Origin: Squalus acanthias
Taxonomy: Eukaryota
Direction of reading: 5' to 3'
Assembly (NCBI GenBank): GCA_030390025.1
Contig: CM059432.1
Span: 23,872,001 to 23,936,000 of the forward strand
DNA length: 64,000 nt
A program made the position numbers and the translations under genes. This document shows positions 38,902 through 51,783 of the stretch, piece by piece. How positions within the stretch are numbered: the stretch's first letter is position 1; each line of letters starts with the position of its first letter. Below the pieces are notes generated by a model. It did no database searches. It saw nothing but the letters and a program-made list of their open reading frames with translations, and had not been told where the DNA came from.

Positions 38902-40125
38902 CTAAGCAAATCTGGCCAAGATGAATGCATCCCGGGCAGCAATGTTCTCGCGTGCTGCTGCCACTGGTTGATGCGCCTCCGCAAGCTCTTCGTTCTCGCT
39001 CTCCTCCTCCTCCTCCTCATCCTCATCCTCATCCTCATCTGAGGAGGCTATTCGATGAGCCACTTGTACCTCAGGCAGCTGCAAGCCACAATGCTGTGCC
39101 ATGTTGTGAAGTGCACAGCAGACCACAATGATTCTGGAGACCCTGGCTGCTGAGTACTGCAGGGCTCCACCTGATCTATCAAGGCATCTGAATTGCATCT
39201 TCAGCAAGCCGATGGTTTGCTCGATAATGGATCTGGTGGAAATGTGGCTGGAGTTGTAGCACTCCTCAGCTTCGTTGGATGGCCTTCTCAACGGCGCCAT
39301 TAGCCACGTCTTCAGGGGATAGCCCTTGTCTCCAAGTAGCCATCCACAAAGCTGGTCTGGCGGACTGTAAAGCGGAGGCACACTAGACTGCCGCAGGATG
39401 AAGGAGTCATGGCAACTGCCAGGGTACTTGGCACAAACATGCAAAATTTCCTTCTTGTGGTTACACACCAGCTGCACGTTGAGGGAATGGAAGCCCTTGC
39501 GGTTGACAAAAATACCTGGATTGTGATGGGGTGCCTTAAGGGCCACATGTGTGCAGTCTACGATGCCCTGCACCCTTGGAAAGCCTGCCATATTAGCAAA
39601 TCCAACCGCACGCGCGGTTACACTTGCTTGATCCTTGGAGAAGTTGATGTAATTGTGCGCGTTGGCAAAGAGGGCATCAGTTACCTGCATGATGCAAGTG
39701 TGTGCGGCCGCCTGGGAGATGCCGCTGATGTGTGCTGTTGATCCCTGGAATGAGCCTAAAGCAAAAAAGTTGAGTGCGGTGGTGACTTTGACAGCTCTGG
39801 GCTCCAGGTCTTGCTGCAGCATTGCGCAGATGTCACCCACTACCTCTCGTGAAAGTCTGAGCCTCCTTTGGCACTGCTGCTCAGTCATGTTGAGGTAGTT
39901 CATCCTCTGTCTGTAAACCCTGTTTTGGGGGTATCTCCTGCGGCGACGTCCTTCCCTGCGCTGGCGCCTTCTGGCCTGTGCAGCTTCAGGTGGGTGAGCA
40001 GCAGGTTGGCGCTCCAGTTGTTGCTCCTGCTGTTGGTGCTGCTGTTGTTCCGGGTTCTACTGCTGCCGCGACTGGTCTTCGTCCGAATCTGAGGTCCAGG
40101 ATGAAAGGAAATAAATGGTTCCCAT
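38902..40125 (-). pseudogene. Harbinger DDE transposase (HARBI1-like, DDE_Tnp_4); open from 39903, upstream ATG at 40125 cut off by a TAG at 40059-40057
   Basis: Motifs [53 protein letters not shown]; acidic tail; Q-rich then R-rich N-terminus in the same frame. Confidence 0.92.
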
Positions 40126-40637
40126 GCTGCAGGTATATACCTCAGTTGAGGAAGCGCTCAGTCAAGGTGGGGAGAGGGATTTCCCAGGAGGTCACAGTGG
40201 AGATTGGTCTCAGCTTCAACACTTCCAAAATTAGTAGACCTGCAAAAAGTTCTCCAAGACCTGAGAAAAGACAGTTCTGCCACCGGCAAATGATCATCGT
40301 GGAAAACGGCGTTTTTATGGTGGAGTTGCAGCTGTTATTAAGCCATCCACTTGTGAACCCGACAGGATTAGCTGGCGTGTTCCATGGGAAATGTCGTAAA
40401 CTCTGAAAGGCCTCTCAAAATGGGATTATAGAGGTACTTAAGTGGTTGTTAAGTGCCTTAAGGGCCTATCCCGCCGCTTGGAGGCAGGACCGAAACGGAG
40501 TCTGCAAGCCCGCGTTTGGGAAAGTTGCGCAGAGGCGGGGTGGCGACGGGATCGGAGCCCGACGCCATTTTTTGCAACTTTCCCACCTGACCCGCCTTCA
40601 AACCCGCCTCCTCGGCCCTGACAAAATCCAGCCCACT

Positions 40638-40955
40638 GTGTCCAGTAATTGAGGGGTCTAAAATGAGGGGTTATAAATATAAGATTAAATGTAAGAGATT
40701 TAAGGCAGAGCGCAGGAGGAAGTTTGTTTAAAAAGAAGTGGAATACACTTCCTAAAGTTAGTGATTGAAGCAGAGACCTTGTTAACATTTAAGAATAGAA
40801 TAGGTGGCTTAAGGAAAAGGGAAAAAAAGGATATGGGAAGAGAGTGGGCCCATGGGATTAGAACAACCGCTCAGTGGAGTATAAACACCAACACGGACTG
40901 GTTTCAGCTGAGTAGCTTGTTTCCGTGTTGTAATTTCTATGCAATTCTATGTAAT
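40638..40955 (+). mobile_element. Old CR1 3' fragment, right half
   Basis: ..WNTLP..VIEAETLLTFKN remnants and a TTCTATG tail. Confidence 0.7.
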
Positions 40956-43899
40956 GACATAAATAAATGTTGATGTCAATTACTCTTCCTAATGGTTTGA
41001 TCAAATTTTAAAAGAGCCGAAACTACCCTTTAAAAGGACACCTTCATGAAAAATTACTTGCTATACATGTGCTTCTTTACAGGCACATGACACAATGATG
41101 TAAATTGCTTTGAAACATGTCACTGTCACTCAGTGGTGCCATTGTAACAAAAGACACTCAGCAATGTGGACTCTTCTCCCTCGCCAAAACCTAGCCCTCA
41201 ATCCAGTTCTAGTTGCAAAAATCCTACTTATCCTGATAAAATAGTCACGTAGCCAGCACTGAGTTTGAAAATCGCAGGAAATATTATACAGTTAATGCTA
41301 CTTGCAAGAAAATTTAGCTTCTCAGCAAGATATTTACTGTTGGTGCCATTCACTGAACAGCAGAGTTCTCTGGTGTCCTGTGCAACATTCCTCCTTCAAC
41401 CACCTACCAAAAATACATTATCTGATCATTCATCTTGTTTGCTATTTGTAGAATTCTGCTGTGATTGTATTGACTGCTGTGCTTGGCTACATGACAACAG
41501 TAACTACACTTCAAAAGTTATTCATCGGATATGAAGCCCTCTGGGACATCTTGAGAATGTGAAAAGGACAATATAAATGCAAGTTTTGTGTTTCAGTATT
41601 CACTTCCTCTTTCTAAACTCATCAATGTTGCTACATCTCTCAGCATCTTCAAAACCTTCTCAAAACCTGCCTCTTCAAGTCACCTCCCCTAACTCTTCTT
41701 CCAACGCCTGGTTGATGTCCTGCACGCTATCCTTTGTGAAGCCCTTCGGGATGTTTTAGTACATTAAAGTGAAATGTTGTTGTTGAAGGCGCATACATAA
41801 CAAATGCTAATTTGGCTAAGATACCACAGGGTAGATGATATCCATCAAATATACCTGAGCATTAGTCAGCAACCTTCTGGAGCAAAGGGGAGAAAATTAG
41901 GAGAAAATAAAAAGAGAATTCTTTCTTTCAAGGGGCGATATTCGTACTTTGACCACTCCAGCTCCCCAAGGAGTTTCCAGCAGTCAATGAAGATGCATGT
42001 CACTATAAGAATAACAGAGCAGATCCAACACTTCTTTGCAATAGCTTGTGATGAAGGAGATTGGATGACATGACAGAACTATCTAACACTGCTTCATCTT
42101 GTGAGAGTCGCAAAATGCCAGTGTTTTGGTAACAGGTTTTTGTCATTTCAAGAGCTGCTTAATGTTATCAGCATGTTTTGTTTTTGAAAAATTGGAATAA
42201 CTGGGGTAATTTGCTCTGGTGTGTTAGCGACATTAGAAGCACAGTAGGAGGATAGTCTCTCATTGCTATTTCGAGCAAAATCATAAAAGCATTCCAAATG
42301 ATTATGTTTGCAATTTCACCAGAAATACCGAGAGCATCTTCCGGCTATGATTACGTTGCTGACACACAGTAACCACAGGACATCGCTCCCCGCACCCCCT
42401 CCCTCCCCGGTTACTTCTAGTGCAAGTTTGGTTTATCACGAAAGAGGGTTAGAAAGTAGCTGGAGGAGAGGCAGAGACCTGGTGCAGCAACAGGATCTAA
42501 AACTTGCTGTGACTTACAGAGGCAATGGCAGTGTGGGAGGCAACAGGGATGGCAGCAAAAGAAGAGCAACCAACTTCAGGGCGTCGGAACTGGATGTTCT
42601 ACTTATGAGAAACGGGGAAGAGAGGATGGGCTGTGTGGAGTTCGAGAACTGGAGACTGGTCAAAAATGTGGTATGCATTCTGCCACCTCCATGACCCTCA
42701 TGTCTCATTTGCAGTGCAGCATGAGGTTTAACAACCTTTCCAGAACATCCAATGACATAGAAATTATGGCACAGAAACAAAGGTCTCAACCAGTCTGTGT
42801 TGGTGTTTATCCTCCACGCTAGCAATAGATCTAATCCCACGTACCTGCCCTGATCCCATATCCCTTTATTCTGCTTTACTTCAACCACCTATCTAATTTA
42901 TTCTTAAACGTCTGCTCGCAGCTGCTAGTAGTGCGGCATAAACCAGGTTTACGCATGCGTACAAGCTTTCTGTCACCCTTCCGGCAATGTTATGACAGCG
43001 GATAAGGAGCATCTCCGAGGAAATTCCTGGCCATGGTCTCTCTTCAATCACTAACTAGTGCATTCCAAAACACTACAGCATGCATCCTATACTGCACTAA
43101 ATCCCGTACACCCATCACCTCTCTTTTCTCTGATCTACACTGGCTTCCTGTCCTCCAACACCGCAGATGTTAAATCCTTGTCCTCGTCTTTAAACCCATC
43201 AATGACCTTGCTGAACCCTATTTCTTGGACATTAAGGGAATTAAGGGATATGGGGATAGTGCAGGAAAGTGGAGATGAGGTAGAAGATCAGCCATGATCT
43301 TATTGAATGGCGGAGCAGGCTCGAGGGGCCGAGTGGCCTACTCCTGCTCCTATTTCTTATGTTCTTATTTCTACAATCTTCTCCCTTCCCAATCTGTCGC
43401 GGAAATTAACTATCAGACGGAGACTTCGAGGTTCGCTTTAGGAATTTATTTCATGATATCACGGAGAGTCTGCAGCAGTCCCTACTGCTCACCAGCACGC
43501 TAAATTACTATTGTACAGCGCTCATCGTTATACAGCAAGGTAAACAACTTCATGTGATTAGCTTACCTTACATTTCAACGTATGGTTTCATAGGTTCCAT
43601 TGTTTCTTAAGAAACAGATTAACATGTTCACATTTTATCATCAGATATCCTAAGCCAAAAGGTCAGCTTGACTTTATCATGGCAGTCAGCAGTTCTTTTA
43701 GTCTTAACTAGTTTAGTGTCCTTTGTTCAATTAGTAAAGTGGTCAAGTATCCCAGCATGCCTTAATGTTTAATACGTTTTCTCCCACACAACCCCTCTAT
43801 TCCTTTGACTTCAGCCCTTGTCCATCCCACTTACTTTCAGCCCACTACTGGCAGCAGGGCCTTCAGTCACCTGGATCCCACAGTAGAATTTCCTCCAAC

Positions 43900-44780
43900 G
43901 ATTAAGGATTTGTGTATGTGAACCTCATCCCTCTGCTCATCTACTCTTTCAGAGTTTTACTATCTAGTATATATTCCTTACCTGATCCTTTCTCCCAAAA
44001 TATATTACTTCACATTTTGCCATCTTAAATTATATCTGATATCTATTTGCCCAATCTAATTTTTTTCTGCCTTCCTGAAGTCTTCCCTCCCTATTTTTGT
44101 GTGATTTGCAAATTTTGATAGTATGCTCCCTATAAGCAAGTTTAGAGCATTTACTACATATGTATTGAGAAGGGCGATTGTCCCATTACTGACCCCTGCG
44201 GAGTACTACTTTTTCGATCTGTCCAATCCAATAAAACATCCATTGACCATTAATTTCTGTTTTCTGTTCTTTAGCCAACATCCATGCTGTCACATTCCCT
44301 TTAATACCGTGCGCCTTCATTTTAACAATAATCCTCCTATGAAGCACCTTTTGAAAATCTAAATACACAGCATCCACTGTACTTCCTTTATCAATAATTC
44401 CAATATTTTTTCAAAGAACTGTATTAAATTTGTCAGACATGTCTTGTCTTTTACAAATCTGCATTGGCGGCCCTTAATTGACCCATGTCTTTCTAGGTGA
44501 TTATTAATTTTATGTCATATTATGGCCTCTGCTAATATAGTAGGCTAATTGGTCTATAGTTACCCAGTTTATCCCTTTCTCCTTTATTGAATAGAACCAT
44601 TACATTGGTAACCAACCCTCCATCATCTAACACAACTTCCTATGTTTGAAAAACTGTGGTCAGAGCCTCTGCTGTTTACTCTCTGACTTTCCTCAGCATA
44701 CTGGAATGCATGCCATCAGTGCCCAATGCCCTTCTTTGAATTACACCCATTTTTTTCAGTATTACCTCCTACTCTATAGT
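43900..44780 (-). mobile_element. Highly degraded CR1 RT fragment
   Basis: DAVYLDFQK..KMKAHGIKG, NYRPISL and KFANHTK remnants on the minus strand. Confidence 0.7.
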
Positions 44781-46144
44781 TATCCGATCTAATTGCTCTC
44801 CTTCCTCCCTTTGTAACCTTTCATTCCCACTACCAGAGTCTGCTGTAAAACCTGAGGCAAAATACTCATTTAATATCGTTCCTTCATTTTTGTCATCTCT
44901 ACTCAGCCTTTTTAACTATTTTTTTTCTTTCTTTCTAAAACCCTTGACTATTTCACTTTATGCTACCTGTCAGTCTTTCTTCAAATCTCTTCTCAGTCTT
45001 TATAGTCTCTTTTTTCTCCCCTTCTGTCTTTTTTTAAAGCTTGAAATTTTTTTGTATTATTATTTAAATTTGTTATATACCTTTGCTTAAAATCTGATTT
45101 TAATATTTTTTCTACTCATCCCAGAAACTCCACCTTCCTAATGATTTCCTGTTTGAACAACCACTATATCAATCTGTCAGAAACTGTAGCCCATCAAGTA
45201 CTTTCAGTGTTTTCTGCCCTGTTAATTAGTGTAATAGTTCTGATACTTTTTACTGTTAATGAAATATCAATAATCTCACAATTGCCCTCAATCCTATTAA
45301 AACCTTTCAAGTTGTTTGCTAGATAACATGCTGGCACTAGTTTTGCTGGGAATCATATATTTTGAATAGTGAAATCACAGAACTGTACTGGGGTTGCATT
45401 CCCAGTGCTTAACATTTTAATTTTCCATTTGAAATGACTTTTCACCTGATACAGTCACGCAGAGCCAGGAACAGTCAAACAGAAACAGAACAGGATCTGT
45501 CTTTGATCAGTTTAGAGTCATAGAGTCATAGCAGCACAGAAGGAGGCCATTCGGACCATGCCGGCTCTCTGTAGAGCAATCCAGTCAGTCCCATTCTCCC
45601 GTTCTATCCCTGTAGCCCTGCAAGAGTAAATAGACGTCTTAACTAAAAAGCACTTTGAACTGGGAGAAGCTCCAAATCTTTTTCTTTCCTTCTGTATCTC
45701 CTTTAGAAACAGGAAGGAAGGGGGGGGGGGTCATTTATATTGTGCATTTCACAACCTCAGGACACCCCTGTAATATGGCATTGTTATTAAGTTCAGTTGG
45801 TAACAAACTAGAAAAGTCTTCAGAGTTTAAAAACATGGCTCTTTATTGCTGAGCAATTTTGAAACAGCTACGTGCAGTTGTAAATCATTTTCAGATCAGA
45901 GGAAACAGCCTGGGAACTTCCTGTACTTCACTATGGATAGAAAGTTACAACAATATAAATAAACCACCTTTATATATTTTTCTCTATGCTATTTTATGCT
46001 ATGGTATTTTAAATGGGTTAAGTAGCAAAGAGAATAATTTAATACAAGCGTGCTATAATAACATCATCAACAGTAATTTCTACTACCATATCTCAAAACA
46101 TTTATGTCTGCTTTAGTATCTATATATGTGTAACTTCATCTTAC

Positions 46145-46628
46145 ATCTAGATCTGTCTTTATACCTGGCTGGCCTCCCACGTTCTATCCTACGTAAGCTT
46201 GAGGTCATCCAAAACTCAGCTGCCCGTGTCCTAACTCGCACCAAGTCCCGTTCACACATCACCCCTGTGCTCACTGACCTACATTGGCTCCTGGTTAAGC
46301 AATGCCTCGATTTCAAAATTCTCATCCTTGTTTTCAAATCCCTCCATGGCTTTGTCCCTCCCTATCTCTGTAATCTCTTCCAGCCTCACAACCCTCCAAG
46401 ATATCTGCGCTCCTCTAATTCTGCTCTCTTGAGCATCTCTGATTATAATTGCTCAACCATTGACGACCATAACTTCAGTTGCCTGGGCCCTAAGCTCTGA
46501 AATTCCCGAATGCCCTAATTTCTCCTTATGTGGCTTGGTGTCAAATTTTTGTCTTATAACACTCCTGTGAAGCGCCTTGGGACGTTTTACTACGTTAACG
46601 ATGCTGTATAAATACAAGTTGTTGTTGT
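46145..46628 (+). mobile_element. L2 LINE 3' end
   Basis: LAGLP..LEVIQNSAARVLTRTK..HITPVL..LHWL..FKILILVFK; (GTT)n tail. Confidence 0.88.
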
Positions 46629-47644
46629 GTGTACATATCTGTCTCTCTACCTCTAAAGCTACTATCTATAATTCAACGCAATGTCTATTCAGCCCTACAT
46701 TTATTGGTTTAGAAAGCATTTTTTTTTTCTTCCTTCAGTGTTTCCTGCAACCATTTTTCAGACAAATGCTCAATGTACATGAACCATGCAGTGTTAAATC
46801 CTTTTCAACCAAGCATGAGATAAACCAGCCGGGTCTGTCATGATATCAATGTCACTTGTGCCTCAGAGAGTTCAGAAAGTGAGCAGTGAGTTGCTCTAGC
46901 AGCTTCCAGCAGTGTCAATGCAGCAGTGCGTCAGTTAACTCACTCCTCTTTGTGTGCTGCGACTGGTTGGTCTATATAGAATTACTTCAGAACGGGTTTA
47001 TCCAGCAATCCATAGCACCTCCTGTTCTAAATAAGAGAATTACTGTGCTGCAAATTTGACAGAGAAAGAACAAGAGATGTTTTAAAACTCCGTAACAGAG
47101 GAAAGTTAAATAATGAGAATCTTAAGGCATATATTAAATAAATCTACAAAATTGCGTGTCTAATTAAATAACTACATTTCGAACATTTACCTAGTTTTTG
47201 GCCACTGGGGTTTCCATAGAAAATGAATATTATTCAAACTAGAGACTTACTTAGTGTATTAGTGGAAGCCTTAGGATACCCCGTAATACTCCCCGTGACC
47301 ATGTATGATGCTTCTCTTTTTGCAGAGGACTTTTGTCATCATCTTCCGAATGCAGATAGCAGTGTTACATTATAAGTGATAAGTTCCCCTAATGGCTTAA
47401 TGCACAGCTGGTCTGATACTGAGCATGCAGATCCAGAAGGTCTGAGTTAGCTGGGCCAACAGTGGGAGAGCTACAACTGGTCCTAGTTTGCCTGAGCTAG
47501 GGAAGGAGAGAATCAACAAAAGTTCTCATTCTGAATTAATAAAAGTGACCATGAAGCTGTCGTATTGATGCAAAACCCACTTGGTTCACTAAAGTCCTTC
47601 AGGGAAGTAAAACCTCTGCCTTTATCCAGTGTGGCCTATATGTG

Positions 47645-49904
47645 ACTCCTCCATGGGGGTCAATTCATGCAGGTGCACCGGTACCCCTCCCAGTACCCCC
47701 TGCTGCCTCCGGTTATGCGCCACCTTGTCCGGCAAGAGAGAGGAAAGTGTGACAGTGAGTGTGGTGCAATGTGTTTGGGTGATGTTATAGTTGAATAGCT
47801 GACAGTATGTGCAAGCTGTGAGATGTGGGAGCAGTGGTAAGTGTGTGAGGGTGAGGTGAAGCTACGAATGTTAGGCATGAGTTCTGTTTGATAAAGATTG
47901 TTGGTAGGTGAGTGATGGGGGTGCGGTGCATTGAACAGTGTGTGAGGGTTGTGGTGCAGATGGTGGGATATGGCATTTGATGATGCATTCACTCACCTTG
48001 ACTACTCATGTGAGATCATTAAACGTTTTGCGGCACTGGATCCAAGTCCTGATCCAAGTCCTGGGGACAACACTCGTCGTAATCCTCTAATCCTCCTTAG
48101 ATACGGGGCTGGTGCCAGAGGACTGGAGAATCCGTGACAAAATTAACAGACACTTAGACAAGTGTGGATTAATTATGGAAAGCCAGCACGGATTTGTTAA
48201 AGGCAAATTATGTTTAACTAAATTGATTGAGTTTTTTGATGAGGCAACAGAGAGGGTTGATGAGGGCAATATGGTTGATGTGGTGTACATGGACTTCCAA
48301 AAGGCATTTGATAAAGTGCCACATAATAGGCTTGCCAGCAAAGTTGAAGCCCATGGAATAAAAGGGACAGTGGCAGCCTGGATACGAATTTGGCTAAGTG
48401 ACAGGAAACAGAGAGTAGTGGTGAACACTTGTTTTTCAGACTGGAGGAAGGTTTACAGTGGTGTTCCTCAGGGGTCGGTTCCAGGACCACTGCTTTTCTT
48501 GATATATATTAATGATTTGGACTTGGGTGTACAGGGCACAATATCAAAATTTGCAGATGACTCAAATCTTGGAAGTATAGTGAACAGTGAGGAGGATAGT
48601 GATAGACTTCAAGAGGACATAGACAGGCTGGCAGAATGGGCAGACATGTGGCAGATGAAATTTAACACAGAAAAGTGTGAAGTGATACATTTGGGTAGGA
48701 AGAATGAGGAGAGGCAATATAAACTAAAGGGTACAATTCTAAAGGGGGTGCGTGAACAGAGAGACCTGGGGGTATATGTGCACAAATTGTTGAAGGTGGC
48801 AGGGCAGGTTGAGAAAGCAGTTAAAAAAGCATAAGGGATCCTGGGCTTCATAAATAGAGGCATAGAGTACAAAAGCAAGGAAGTTATGATGAACCTTTAC
48901 AAAACACTGGTTCGGCCTCAACTAGAATATTGTGTCCAATTCTGGGCACCGCACTTTAGGAAGAATGTGAAGGCCTTAGAGAGGGTGCAGAAAAGATTTA
49001 CAAGAATGGTTCCAGGGATGAGGGACTTCAGTTACGTCGATAGACTGGAGAAGCTGGGGTTGTTCTTTTTAGAGCAGAGAAGGTTGAGAGGAGATTTGAT
49101 AGAGGTATTCAAAATCATGATGGGTCGAGACAGAGTAGATAAAGAGAAGCTGTTCCCAATGGCGGAAGGGTCAAGAACCAGAGGACACAGATTTAAGGTG
49201 ATTGGCAGATGAACCAAAGGCGACATGAGGAAAAACTTTTTTACGCAGTGAGTGGTTTGGGTCTGGAATGCACTGTCTGAAAGGATAGTGGAGGCAGATT
49301 CAATTGTGGCTTTCAAAAGGGAATTGGATAAGTACCTGAAGGAAAATAAATTGCAGGGCTACGGGGAAAGGGCGGCAGAGTGGGACTAGCTGAAGAGCTC
49401 TTGCAGAGCTGGCACGGGCTCGATGGGCTGAATGACCTCCTTCTGTGCTGTAACCATTCTATGATTCTACAATTCTATGATTCAGTGATGGCTTGAGTGA
49501 TCTCCTCCCACAGCCTTCTGGTGTTCAGTCTTAAAGGCCTCCTGCCCCGCTGTGGGTAGAAGACCTCACGGCATTTTGTACCACCAGGACCAAGGCCACC
49601 AGTGCCGCATCCGAAAACCTCCTTGCCCTTTCCCTTGGCTGATGGACCATGGCTCTTTTCACAATGACAATGAAGTGCTTCTGCAACAAAGCACCTCCCC
49701 TTTAACTAGTGCAGGGAGCCTAGGCCAAACTTTATTGGCCAGTAAACTGCACTCGATATTGGTGCCCCTGTTCAGCGCTGCAATCATTAGAATGAGAAGG
49801 CAGCACGAATTTTGCGTGCTGCCTGCACCACTTTGAACGGGCGCGGGAACATAGTGCTGTGCGATGCCGGCGCCCACTTTCGGGCCATTTCCAATTTCTA
49901 GGCC
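47645..49904 (-). mobile_element. Harbinger left-end remnant (TIR, Myb exon 1, intron, exon 2), split by a CR1
   Basis: TIR rc GGCCTAGAAATT ends at 49904; ATG 49650 MVHQPRERARRFSDAALVALV..LWEEITQAIT | CR1 | VVPRTWIQCRKTFNDL..gtgagt; exon 2 DKVAHNRRQQGVLGGVP. Confidence 0.8.
48079..49482 (+). mobile_element. 5'-truncated CR1 LINE (RT domain pseudogene)
   Basis: QHGF..DFQKAFDKVPH..GVPQGSV..FADD; stop at 48832-48834; internal deletion after VPEDWRI; (TTCTATGA)n tail. Confidence 0.93.
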
Positions 49905-50385
49905 TTTCTGTTCTCCCAAGATTCAGCAGCAATGCTGAAAATACCGTTTAGGACAGATCTGGACATTTTAGGGCACTTTGAAATGACTTCTCTTACAGTG
50001 CACAATACACACAATTCTTAATGGGCTACCAGCCTGTTGAAAACACTTTCTGCTTGAAGTCCTTATGAAACTTTGAATAGACAAAACCATTCAGAAGGAC
50101 ACAGAGGAAGGTGCCGCCTCATGTTCTACGTAGAATTCTAATGCGAGCCTGAGTGCAGCTGTTCATTCCATGGAATATTGCAGCTACCTCTTGTGGTGTC
50201 ACAACAGCTTTTTTCAATCATCACACAGCTTAACTGCCTGAAGTGTTAACACTTGCAACACAATTCAGCATTACTCTTCTAATGCATAGAAGGAAGCCAG
50301 TGGGAAATGAGGTATTTTTCAACGAGCTCAAAGAAGAAGGGATGCCCAATAATTTAGAGAGGGGGGGTGGGTGACTGGAAACTCA

Positions 50386-51783
50386 GGTCAGAATTTTCCG
50401 GGGTGTCAGCGGGCAGGTTCGGTGGCGGGTCGGTAGGGAAAGAGCATTTCCACAACAGATTCTGCAGGCTGCAAGTCTTTCCACAAGTCTCCATCCAGTC
50501 TCACCTCATTACTTCTCTCACCATTGACAGATTGTTTCTGTCATCTCTACTTCACCTGCCATCTATTCCATCAGCATACTGTCTCACCTTGGACCTCAGA
50601 ATCGAACCACGATCAGCCCCAACACCAGTAGCACCAGGCACACCAGCAGCACCAACAACTACACCAACCTTCTCCGCAATCACCTGATGCTGCACAGGAC
50701 AGCGGCATCGGCACCCGACCACATTGCTGCCCGGGAGGCCAGGGATGGCCTCATCATGGCCAGATTTACTTCACGTTACACTGTACACCCTGGCTGCCAC
50801 ATGATGCGCCAGGTTGGCACCGCCCCACACCAACACCATAAAGTATCCCTGCAATGTCCAAGCCATTCCTTTCACACTCACCACCATTACGGAGGGTACC
50901 GTTATATCTCACCATTCACTACAACTCACTAAGCCATTTCCAAAGGTGCACACATCTGTCCAAGAACAGAAAGTGTTGAAAATAAAGGTTTCAATGTTTG
51001 ACACCACATTAATAGAAACTTTACATGAACATTGAATAAAACACTCAAGTGCCTACTCTTGTGTGTTGTTAGTTGGTATGATTGCACGAGAATGAGGGTG
51101 AGTGTGAGGGGTGGTTCGTGAGATGGGGAAGTGATAATGTAGATAGAGAGAGATGGCTGGAGGTGCAAGGTAAGTTGGTGTGAGTAAGGATGCGCTGGAG
51201 TAGGGTAGGGAAGGCAGAGTGATGGGGATGTGATGAGAGGCACATGAGGATGAGGTTGAGTGTAGCTTTGTACTAACGTTCTGTGATCTAATGAGCTCAT
51301 TGAAAGGTTTGCGGCACTGCACCCAGGTCCTCCTGACCACATCCCTGCTTGTGACCTCCTGTGCAATGTGCAACCAGGCTGTTTTGGTCTCCTGGGGAGG
51401 TGTCTTCCGCCCATGGGAAGGGAAGAGAACCTCCCTGCGTGCTGTGACTCCCTCCATAAGCATATGGAGGGAGTCATGGGAGAACCTGGGTGCAGCCCTC
51501 TGCCTCTGTGCAGTGATTGTCAGTGTTTGCAGCACTTCAATGCTGTAGAGCACTGACAGCACAAATGTCAAAAGAAAGTTGGCCATGGTCCCTTTAAGAA
51601 ATCGGCTGATGACACGTCATGAATGACGTCACCAGACCCACTTCCTCTAATTGGCCCGGGAAATGTGCTGGGCAGGATTAACAAGCCCTATCAACGTAAA
51701 TTCATTTTAGACAGCAGGATGGGCTGCGACCCGTCACTGACATCGCCCATTCCGGACCGGCCGAGGTGAGCAATATCCCGGCC
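50386..51783 (-). mobile_element. Harbinger internal-deletion derivative, copy 2
   Basis: Reverse-complement homologue of 30526-32256 with an extra ~0.3 kb deletion; TCA duplication (50383-50385, 51784-51786). Confidence 0.88.

Larger units (their letters stand above)
36426..40634. mobile_element. Full-length PIF/Harbinger DNA transposon (disabled copy of an autonomous element)
   Basis: TIR GGGCTGGAGTTTGTCA / rc GGGCTGGATTTTGTCA; ACT duplication (36423-36425, 40635-40637); two convergent genes; flanks rejoin into one CR1 fragment. Confidence 0.93.

Noticed and set aside
38902..39903. Domesticated host gene HARBI1
   Set aside because: It lies between TIRs with a TSD, next to a Myb partner, and carries a nonsense codon upstream, so it is a transposon copy
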